Shown here in pieces: positions 28,955 through 36,849 of a stretch of 64,000 nucleotides of DNA. Under the pieces are notes generated by a model, which was not told the origin of the DNA, did not search any database, and saw only the letters and a program-made list of their open reading frames with translations. The position numbers and the translations under genes are program-made. Each line of letters begins with the position of its first letter. Position 1 is the first letter of the stretch. Origin of the DNA: Chthoniobacteraceae bacterium (lineage in GTDB: Bacteria > Verrucomicrobiota > Verrucomicrobiia > Chthoniobacterales > Chthoniobacteraceae); assembly GCA_036266845.1 (NCBI GenBank), contig DATAXI010000071.1:2646-66645 (forward strand). Direction: 5' to 3'.

Positions 28955-30439
28955 ATGTCAAGCGCCGCAATATCAGCAGCCCGCAAGCGGCAAGGGGATC
29001 TCGGACAGTTCTTCACCCCCGCGCCAGTGGCAAGCTTTATGGCTTCGATGTTCGGGCCGCTTCCCAAAGTAGTGCGCTTACTGGATGCCGGGGCGGGTGC
29101 GGGAGCTCTTACCGCAGCTTTTGTTTCGCGTCTGTGCGGAAGAAAGGATGGCGTCCGCGCCGTCGAAGCGACGCTCTACGAGATTGATCCATTCATTCAG
29201 GATGCACTTTTAGAGACGATGCAAGATTGCCGGCGTCGTTGTGCTGACGCAAATATTCTCTTTACCTTCACCATCCACGCGGCCGACTTCATTCAGGAAA
29301 TGTCGGCTGTCCTTGCCGGAGATTTATTCGGCTCTGCGCCACCCATCTTTGATGCCGCCATCGCAAACCCGCCCTACCGAAAAATCAGCACTACCTCTGC
29401 CGAAAGGCGCAAGCTGCGATATGTTGGTGTCGAAACAAGCAATCTATACGCGGCATTTATTGCTCTCATCCAGCGTGCGCTTGTCCCTGGCGGTCAACTT
29501 GTGGGCATCACACCAAGGAGTTTTTGCAATGGTCCGTATTTTCGTTCCTACCGTGAAGACTTCCTCAATAATTTGGAACTTCACAGGCTTCATGTTTTTG
29601 AATCACGCGAAGCCGCCTTTCGTGATGATAGCGTGTTGCAGGAAAATGTGATCTTCCATGCCGTAAGAGGCCAAAATCAACCACCTAAGATTGTGATTTC
29701 CAGCAGCAGCGGAGAGAGCGGATCCATTATTGAAGCGAAGGCAATCCCCTTCGCGGAAGTCGTTCATCAAAATGACGCCGAGAAGTTCATTCATATTCCT
29801 TCGACTTTAAGTCATGCAATAGCCAAAAGAGCGATGGATAACCTGCACTCAAGCCTAGCCGCCTTGGGGCTAAGTGTATCCACCGGGCGTGTAGTCGATT
29901 TTCGTGTGAAGGACGCCCTCCGCTGGAAACCGGAAGAAGGTACTGTGCCTCTAGTTTACCCGTGCCATTTCAACGGCGGCACCGTCCACTGGCCGAAACC
30001 CGAAGCGCGTAAACCCAATGCTATTCTAAACAACGATGAAACCCGTCCTTGGCTCGTCCGGTCTGGCGTATATCTGCTCACTAAGCGATTCACATCCAAA
30101 GAGGAGCGCCGCCGCTTGGTCGCTTGCATATGGGATCCCAAAACCGTCGAAGCAGAGTGGCTTGGTTTTGAAAATCATCTTAACTATTTTCATGTTAACG
30201 GACATGGAATTGATCGAAATCTAGCAGCCGGTCTATTCGTCTTTCTGAATTCCACGGTGGTTGACCAGTATTTCCGTCGCTTCAGCGGCCACACTCAAGT
30301 CAACGCCACGGACCTTCGGAAGCTCAGCTATCCAGACCGCGACACGTTGCAGGCAATGGGCGCCCAAATAAAGAGATTTGATCAATCGCAGGATGAAATT
30401 GACGAACTCGTAGAGAAATACCTTGATGCCCGCAAATAA
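28955..30439 (+). CDS. type II N6-adenine DNA methyltransferase, gamma class (PstI/BsuBI-like partner)
   Basis: Motif order X-I-IV: GQFFTP, LLDAGAGAGAL, IANPPYRK. About 495 aa, and overlaps the endonuclease gene by 14 nt. Confidence 0.85.
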   Translation: MSSAAISAARKRQGDLGQFFTPAPVASFMASMFGPLPKVVRLLDAGAGAGALTAAFVSRLCGRKDGVRAVEATLYEIDPFIQDALLETMQDCRRRCADANILFTFTIHAADFIQEMSAVLAGDLFGSAPPIFDAAIANPPYRKISTTSAERRKLRYVGVETSNLYAAFIALIQRALVPGGQLVGITPRSFCNGPYFRSYREDFLNNLELHRLHVFESREAAFRDDSVLQENVIFHAVRGQNQPPKIVISSSSGESGSIIEAKAIPFAEVVHQNDAEKFIHIPSTLSHAIAKRAMDNLHSSLAALGLSVSTGRVVDFRVKDALRWKPEEGTVPLVYPCHFNGGTVHWPKPEARKPNAILNNDETRPWLVRSGVYLLTKRFTSKEERRRLVACIWDPKTVEAEWLGFENHLNYFHVNGHGIDRNLAAGLFVFLNSTVVDQYFRRFSGHTQVNATDLRKLSYPDRDTLQAMGAQIKRFDQSQDEIDELVEKYLDARK

Positions 30440-31415
30440 GCCGAACCGCACGGGTGAATTCAGAAAACGGAAGCTTACTGAAGCCAGTGAATGCCTTGCC
30501 GCGTTACAGTTTGGCCCAAGGCAAAGAAACGAAACCGCCGCCTACACATTGCTTGCAGTACTAGACCTTCGTCCAGATGCCCCTTGGACCGAAGCTCAAG
30601 CACCGCTACGCGGCATCACGCCAATCATTGATTTCATCGCACAGACTTACGGTGTTCGCTACGCACCCAATACCCGCGAAACAATTCGTGATGATGCCGT
30701 CAAATTTTTTGTCGAGGCGGGATTACTGCTTCGGAATCCGGACAATCCGAACCGCCCGACGAACAGTGGCAAGACAGTATATCAAATAGAGCCTTCGGCA
30801 CTCGCTTTGCTCCGCAAAATCGGAACCCCTCATTGGTCGCCTGCCTTGAAGAAATACCTCATCAGTCGTGAAGGTCTGAAGCACGAAATTGCCCGCAAGC
30901 GAGACTTGGCCCGCGTGCCCGTAATGCTCCCCGATGGTTCACAAGTGGCTCTTTCACCCGGAGGCCAAAATCCGCTGATTAAGTCAATTATCGAGCAATT
31001 CTGCCCTGCATTCGCCTCCGGTGGAGTTGTCATCTATATTGGGGACACGGAAAACAAGTTTGTTCATCTCGCAACTAACAGCCTCACCTCGCTGGGAGTA
31101 ATATTGGACTCCGCGGCGAAAATACCCGATGTCATCGTTCATTACCCCGCAAAGAATTGGCTATTGCTGATTGAAGCCGTCACCAGTGCAGGGCCGGTGG
31201 ATGGAAAGCGTCGAAAGGAACTGAAAGAATTATTTGCGGGCTGCAAAGCGGGTCTGGTTTTTGTCACTGCGTTTGAGACCCGCCGTACCATGCAATCATT
31301 CTTGTCGCACATCGCATGGGAATCCGAGGTCTGGATCGCTGAAGACCCCGGCCACCTGATTCACTTCAACGGCGAGCGGTTTCTCGGGCCATATCCTGAC
31401 GTGCTGCCCAAGTGA
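30426..31415 (+). CDS. type II restriction endonuclease, BsuBI/PstI family-like
   Basis: About 329 aa and translationally coupled to the MTase. The N-terminal HTH-like region and C-terminal PDVIVHY...LLLIEAVTS...GPVDGKRRKEL (PD-(D/E)xK-like) fit my memory of this family. Not verified by search. Confidence 0.55.
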   Translation: MPANKPNRTGEFRKRKLTEASECLAALQFGPRQRNETAAYTLLAVLDLRPDAPWTEAQAPLRGITPIIDFIAQTYGVRYAPNTRETIRDDAVKFFVEAGLLLRNPDNPNRPTNSGKTVYQIEPSALALLRKIGTPHWSPALKKYLISREGLKHEIARKRDLARVPVMLPDGSQVALSPGGQNPLIKSIIEQFCPAFASGGVVIYIGDTENKFVHLATNSLTSLGVILDSAAKIPDVIVHYPAKNWLLLIEAVTSAGPVDGKRRKELKELFAGCKAGLVFVTAFETRRTMQSFLSHIAWESEVWIAEDPGHLIHFNGERFLGPYPDVLPK

Positions 31416-31627
31416 AGCATTTGCTCGGATAATGAGATGGAAATAACCAAAGTTCAAGGAATTGGACTAGCCTCTGGATCGCGAATGTTATCGTTTCGCA
31501 GGCATTCCCCATGATGGATGAAAATCAGACGCCGGTCGCGCGGATTCATCACGGCTTGCCATTTTATGGTTACGCGGCGTCTCGCGCGGTTCAGGTGGCG
31601 ATTGTCGCGGCGTTCGTGCCAGAGACA

Positions 31628-31737
31628 GAGAAGCGTTTCCTGGACTAGATCGAGCGCAACCGGAGCCATCGTCCGGGGTTACGCGTGGTCAAGAGTTGAG
31701 AAGCGTTCCCTCGGAAGAGATCGAGCGTAACTGGACC
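31628..31737 (+). repeat. imperfect ~40-bp direct repeat pair (31628-31667 and 31698-31737)
   Basis: GAGAAGCGTTTCCTGGACTAGATCGAGCGCAACCGGAGCC versus GAGAAGCGTTCCCTCGGAAGAGATCGAGCGTAACTGGACC. About 80% identity with one indel. Confidence 0.6.
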
Positions 31738-31755
31738 TCCTGTTCGTTTGATTTT

Positions 31756-33978
31756 ATGAAGATCCGTACAGCCGTAATCCTCATGGCCATGGCCGTCAGC
31801 GCCTCGGCCACGGAGTATCATGTGGCAGTATTGGGCGACGATGGAAACCCCGGCACGCCCGAAGCGCCGTTGCGTACCATCCAGCATGCCGCGGATATTG
31901 CGCAACCGGGCGATGTCATCACCGTACACTCCGGCATCTATCGGGAGCGCATTGATCCGCCGCGTGGCGGCCTCTCGGATTCGCGTCGGATTATTTATCA
32001 GGCTGCGCCCGGCGAGAAAGTCACCATCACCGGATCGGAAATCATTAAGGGGTGGAAGAGAGTAAGCGGGGATACCTGGAAGGTCGCAATCCCCAGTAAA
32101 TACTTTGGCAGTTTCAATCCTTATGGTGACTCTATCCACGGCGATTGGTTTGGTTCCAACGGCTTTGAGCACCACACCGGTGCAGTGTATCTCAATGGCG
32201 ATTGGATGATCGAGGCGCCCAACCTCGATGCCGTGCTCGCACCCGTGCGAGCCACGCCGCGTTGGTACGGGCAGGCGGATGGCGCAGGCAATGAGGAATT
32301 TGTGCTCAACCTCGAGTGGATGAAGGCTGGGGCAGTCCCTATCTTACCGGAACGAATCTCAGCGAGAAATGGATCGAGGAACGTGGCGTGCGCGGAAGGC
32401 GGATCATGCGTCGGCTTTATTCGTGACGGGGACTGGTTGCGGTATAATAAGGTCGATTTCGGCTCTGGGACGGACGGAATTGACCTTCGTGTCGCCTCGG
32501 TGTCGCAGGTGACGAACATTGAACTCCGGCTCGACAACGCGGAGGGCGAATTGCTCGGCACGGCGCATTGCGTCCCGACGGGAGGATGGCAGCGATGGGC
32601 GACCATCCACGCGGATATTAAGCACCTTTCGGGAAAGCATTCGCTCTGTGTGGTCTTCAAGGCGCCGCCCGTCGCCGGCGATGGAACTACCATCTGGGCG
32701 CAGTTCAAGGGGGTCGATCCAAACCACGCCGACGCGGAAATCAACGTTCGCAACACTGTGTTTACGCCGCGGAAAACGGGCATCAACTATATTACCGTGC
32801 GTGGATTTACCCTGTGCGACGCCGCGACCAACTGGGCGCCGCCAACTGCCGGGCAGATCGGATTGATTACCGCTTATTGGTGCAAAGGCTGGATCATTGA
32901 AGACAATGATATTCACTGCTCCACCTGCTGCGGAGTATCCCTGGGCAAATACGGCGACCAATTTGACAATACCTCCGCCGATACCGCCAACGGCTATATA
33001 CTGACGCTCACGCGCGCGCTGAAGAATGGTTGGAATAAGGGAACCGTGGGCAGTCACATCGTGCGGAATAATCATATCTCATTTTGCGGGCAAACGGGAA
33101 TCGTCGGCAGCCTTGGCTGTTCTTACAGCACGGTCAGTGGCAATGAAATTCACGACATCCACAATCAACAGTCCTTTGGCGGCGCTGAAATGGCGGGCAT
33201 CAAGTTCCATGGCGCCATCGATGTCACTATCAGTCATAATCATATCTACCGCTGTGGCAAAGTTGCCGGTATCTGGCTGGACTGGATGGGACAGGGGGCC
33301 CAGATCGTGGGTAATCTGATGCATGATAATTCGCAGGATATCTTCCTTGAAATGCAGCATGGCCCGATCCTCGTCGCGAACAACATCCTGCTTTCCCCCG
33401 CGGTTACTCTCAATTCCCAAGGCGTCGCATTCGTGCATAATCTGATGATGGGACGGTTTGGCAGTGCCCGCGGCGATACGCGTGTGACCCCCTTTCAGGC
33501 AGTCCATTCCACGGAGGTCGCGGGAATGTATCCCGCCGCCAAGGGCGATAGCGGCGACGATCGCTTTTACAACAACCTCGTCGTCGCCCCGTGCAATCTC
33601 AACGTGCTGGACAATGCGGCGCTGCCCTGCCTCGCCGGCGGGAATGTCTATTTGAACGGCGCGCAGCCGCCGGCGTTTGATTCCAATCCGCTGACTGCCT
33701 CCGGGTTCGATCCAGACATAGCGCTGATCCGTAAGCCGGACGGTTGGTATCTGGGAATCACCCTCGATCCTGCGTGGTCTGCCGGCCCGGGACGCAAGCT
33801 CGTCACGACAGACCTCTTGGGCAAGGCGCTAGTGCCGGGGGAGGCATTTGAGAACGCTGACGGTTCCGCGCTCCGCATCGCCGCTGATTATCTTGGGGTG
33901 TCGCGCAATGCAGAAAATCCTTTCCCCGGCCCGTTCGAGGCGGCGTCCGGCATCCGGGAATCGATTAAAGTCTGGTAA
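31756..33978 (+). CDS. secreted right-handed parallel beta-helix protein with an inserted CBM6/35-like carbohydrate-binding module
   Basis: Signal peptide MKIRTAVILMAMAVSASA. DUF1565-like start YHVAVLGDDGNPGTPEAPLRTIQHAADIAQPGDVITV. CBM-like GDWLRYNKVDFG...IELRLD...GGWQRW. Repeated NN/HD beta-helix turns. Confidence 0.65.
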   Translation: MKIRTAVILMAMAVSASATEYHVAVLGDDGNPGTPEAPLRTIQHAADIAQPGDVITVHSGIYRERIDPPRGGLSDSRRIIYQAAPGEKVTITGSEIIKGWKRVSGDTWKVAIPSKYFGSFNPYGDSIHGDWFGSNGFEHHTGAVYLNGDWMIEAPNLDAVLAPVRATPRWYGQADGAGNEEFVLNLEWMKAGAVPILPERISARNGSRNVACAEGGSCVGFIRDGDWLRYNKVDFGSGTDGIDLRVASVSQVTNIELRLDNAEGELLGTAHCVPTGGWQRWATIHADIKHLSGKHSLCVVFKAPPVAGDGTTIWAQFKGVDPNHADAEINVRNTVFTPRKTGINYITVRGFTLCDAATNWAPPTAGQIGLITAYWCKGWIIEDNDIHCSTCCGVSLGKYGDQFDNTSADTANGYILTLTRALKNGWNKGTVGSHIVRNNHISFCGQTGIVGSLGCSYSTVSGNEIHDIHNQQSFGGAEMAGIKFHGAIDVTISHNHIYRCGKVAGIWLDWMGQGAQIVGNLMHDNSQDIFLEMQHGPILVANNILLSPAVTLNSQGVAFVHNLMMGRFGSARGDTRVTPFQAVHSTEVAGMYPAAKGDSGDDRFYNNLVVAPCNLNVLDNAALPCLAGGNVYLNGAQPPAFDSNPLTASGFDPDIALIRKPDGWYLGITLDPAWSAGPGRKLVTTDLLGKALVPGEAFENADGSALRIAADYLGVSRNAENPFPGPFEAASGIRESIKVW

Positions 33979-34253
33979 AAGCGTCGTCGTCGTTCGCGTC
34001 TAAAAGTGGCGGTTAAGTGGCGATTGTAAGAGTAATTCTGATCGAGACAGAGATGTCCGGCCATCCACCCTTAACCCTTGCGCGCTCCTTACTCCAGCGT
34101 CGGGAAATCCAAGCTATACCTTTGGCAACTGGAAGTCAACCGGGTACAGGACGCAAGGTCACTGTACCTAGAACTGTCCCTTCCTCGTGGCGGGTGGGTA
34201 GGCGGCGGCGGGACCAAAGTAGGCTGGCTTACTTCAGCGGATGCGGCGGACGG

Positions 34254-35009
34254 TCAGGCGTTGGTGCCGCCGTCCACAGTGAGGTTTGCGCCGGTGATGT
34301 AGGAGGCATCCGGGCCGGCGACGAAGGCTACCAGCGCGGCGACTTCGCTCACGTGCCCGTAGCGGCCCAGGGCGGTATTGGCGATTTGCGGCGTGGCCCA
34401 ATCGCCGCTGGCGGGATTGAGGTCCGTATCGATGGGGCCGGGCTGGACGTTATTGACCGTGATGCCCCTGCTGCCCACTTCTCTGGACAATCCCTGCGCA
34501 AACATTTTGACCGCGCCCTTCGTGGCCGCATAAGCCGCGAGCCCCGGGGTCATGATCCTTTCGCCCACGCATGAGCCGATGGTGATGATGCGGCCGCCGT
34601 CGCGCATGTGCTTCAGCGCCGCCTTTGTGGCGATAAACATGCCGCGGATGTTCAGGTCGATGATCCGGTCGAGTTCTTCCATCGTGGCTTCCTCGAAAGT
34701 TTTCGGAATCGCCGTGCCGGCATTGTTTACCAGCACATCCAGGCCGCCGAAGGTGGCGGCTGTTTTTTCCACAGCCGCGATCACTGCTCCGGCGTTGGTG
34801 GCATCCGCCTGAATCGCGATTGCCTTGCCGCCGGCGTTTTCAATTTCCTTCACCACGGACGCGCCCGCGTTCGCGTCTTTGGTGTAAGTGATCGCCACGC
34901 TTGCGCCGTCTGCCGCCAGGCGCTTTGCGATTGCGGCTCCGATTCCTCGCGAGCCGCCGGTGACGACCGCGACTTTGCCTGCCAGCTTCTGTCCATCGTT
35001 GTTGCTCAT
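34254..35009 (-). CDS. SDR family oxidoreductase (FabG-like)
   Basis: VAVVTGGSRGIGAAIA (TGxxxGxG), NNAG, YAATKGAV (YxxxK). ATG 35009 preferred. Confidence 0.9.
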   Translation of the reverse strand: MSNNDGQKLAGKVAVVTGGSRGIGAAIAKRLAADGASVAITYTKDANAGASVVKEIENAGGKAIAIQADATNAGAVIAAVEKTAATFGGLDVLVNNAGTAIPKTFEEATMEELDRIIDLNIRGMFIATKAALKHMRDGGRIITIGSCVGERIMTPGLAAYAATKGAVKMFAQGLSREVGSRGITVNNVQPGPIDTDLNPASGDWATPQIANTALGRYGHVSEVAALVAFVAGPDASYITGANLTVDGGTNA

Positions 35010-35118
35010 ATTCGTCTTTCTGTTTTCCGCATGGGTAAATGCGCGGGAGATTCTGCCGGAAAGCCGGCTTGATTCCAACCCCGAACGGAAAGAATCACGG
35101 CGCGCCCGGCCCCGCCCA

Positions 35119-35487
35119 TCATCGCGGGCGGAAGCCGAGAATCATCCGCTCGATAATCTCGCCGACCCATTGATCGAGCGGGATGCCCTTGATCTTCCCG
35201 TTTGTGGAAATGGAAATGAGGCCCAGAAGCGCAGCGGAAATCGGGAGCGCCATGCGCGCGGGATCACCGGGCACCACCTCGCCCTTGGCCTGGGCCTCGG
35301 CGAACGCCGCCGGGGTGTGGGAGAACGCTCTTTCGGTGGCTTCGATCAATTCCCGTGGCGCGCCGGGCCGGTACTTCGCCTCGAACATGAGGGCAAGCAG
35401 GGCGGGGTGCTTGAGGGCAAAGTTCACGTAGGCGCGCGCCAGCCTGGTGAGCCGGGTCTTGAAGTCCTCATCGCGCGGGCGGGCGGT
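35119..35487 (-). pseudogene. TetR/AcrR-family regulator, C-terminal ligand-binding half only (HTH missing)
   Basis: ...DEDFKTRLTRLARAYVNFALKHPALLALMFE...GDPARMALPISAALLGLISI is a TetR C-domain. Only ~18 codons precede it before the in-frame TGA that terminates the sulfotransferase gene. Confidence 0.65.
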
Positions 35488-36354
35488 TCACGCCAGCCAA
35501 TCACCGCAATCCCATCCCAGCATCGATTTCACCTGCTCCACATCCCACCGGAAGATGTCGCGCAGGTATTTTCGGTCCGCCCCATCCATTTCTCCCAGCG
35601 CGCACCCCTGGTTGAGGATCAAGTTCCCGGTGACCGGCGTCTCCTCGACCTCCAGAAATTGGAATACCTTTCTCAGGCTCGGCGCCGGCTCGGCGAAGAG
35701 ATCCTCGCTTTTCAAGAAAAGCACTTGTCCGGGACGGAAGAAGCGGAATATCCGGCGTATTTGCTCACTATAAAAACCGCGGTCGAGGTATGAAAAAACG
35801 CGATGCTGGGCGGGCAGCACCTCCATGCTCCGGTCCCGCTCCTCCCGGATCGCCATGGAAAAGGTCCAGGGATCCCTTCCCCGCTGGTTTTCCATTCGCC
35901 AGTTCGACCACGCCCGCTCCGCCGGGTCGCGCAGCAGCACAATCAGCTTCATGCCCGGATGGTATTGCCAGATGCGCGGGACCGCCTCCGCCCAATAGAC
36001 GTAAGCTGGCGTTGCCTCTCCGTAGATCACATTATCCCGGGGCTCGGGAAAGAATCCGTGGTAGGCGTCATAATCGGGCTCCGCGTGCCGGAAGCGATCG
36101 TTGGAATCGAAAAAATGAATCTCTTTCGATTTTGCCATCCGTATTTGCGGGTGCTGCCGCAGGTAACCATCCAATGTGGACGTGCCTGCCTTCTGGACGC
36201 CTGCGATCAGGAAATTTACTCTGGAAATGAGAGGCTTCCGGCCCGATCTCGCATTCCTGCGGGCCACCTGCGCCTTGCCCCGCATGGGCGCCCAGGCGAG
36301 CATGGAAGCCACCACCGCCGCGAGCCCTTCCGGAGGTGCCAGGCGGCTTCTCAC
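35488..36354 (-). CDS. sulfotransferase family protein
   Basis: 5'-PSB loop FLIAGVQKAGTSTL and 3'-PB motif LLRDPAERAWSNW. The start is uncertain. Confidence 0.8.
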   Translation of the reverse strand: MRSRLAPPEGLAAVVASMLAWAPMRGKAQVARRNARSGRKPLISRVNFLIAGVQKAGTSTLDGYLRQHPQIRMAKSKEIHFFDSNDRFRHAEPDYDAYHGFFPEPRDNVIYGEATPAYVYWAEAVPRIWQYHPGMKLIVLLRDPAERAWSNWRMENQRGRDPWTFSMAIREERDRSMEVLPAQHRVFSYLDRGFYSEQIRRIFRFFRPGQVLFLKSEDLFAEPAPSLRKVFQFLEVEETPVTGNLILNQGCALGEMDGADRKYLRDIFRWDVEQVKSMLGWDCGDWLA

Positions 36355-36849
36355 CGGAAGACTCCCCTCCGCACCGAGCCCGCGTCCAAGCCCCGTTTTC
36401 TGTGCGAATGTCGTTTCAGTTCTGTAAGACGCGGCCTCACAGGGCGTGGAAGATATGTAGGGCCAAATATTACGTCAATCCGATGAATTACTGATTTTTG
36501 GTGCGATTTTTAACAATTTACGGTGAATTGCGGAAAATATTAGTACGTATAAGTACGATCTTCCGTTTTCCACCTCCGCTCCATTTCACCTTGCGTCTCC
36601 CGGAGCAGAATTTGCCATAAGTGACCCGCCCTCATTTACTTCGCATTCCATGACCACTCCGGAGACGATCTTTTTTTCCAGCCGGTAACCGTACCGAAAG
36701 CCTTCTTCGCGGGGCACCCCAAAAAAAGACGAAAAAAAAGAAATTTTTTTAAAAATGCTTCGACTGCGCGCCCGGTATCCCTGAAAGCCACTGGGACCGC
36801 GAGAGACGGTTTCCCCTTGATGCGCGTGCGAGTTCCGTAATCTTTAGGA

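Larger units (their letters stand above)
26900..31755. mobile_element. degraded genomic island / addiction-defence islet at tRNA-Ser (may extend to ~34.0 or 36.8 kb)
   Basis: GC drops visibly (many 60-nt lines are ~45-52% GC versus ~65% in the flanks). Contents: two TA modules, a tRNA fragment repeat, an intact tRNA-Ser, an integrase remnant and an R-M pair. Confidence 0.55.

Noticed and set aside
31416-34253. Second copy of the tRNA-Ser 3' end (classical attR) for the island carrying the R-M system
   Set aside because: Not found by eye (no TTCGAATCCCACCCCTTCC-like string). The island boundary is therefore left open rather than asserted.
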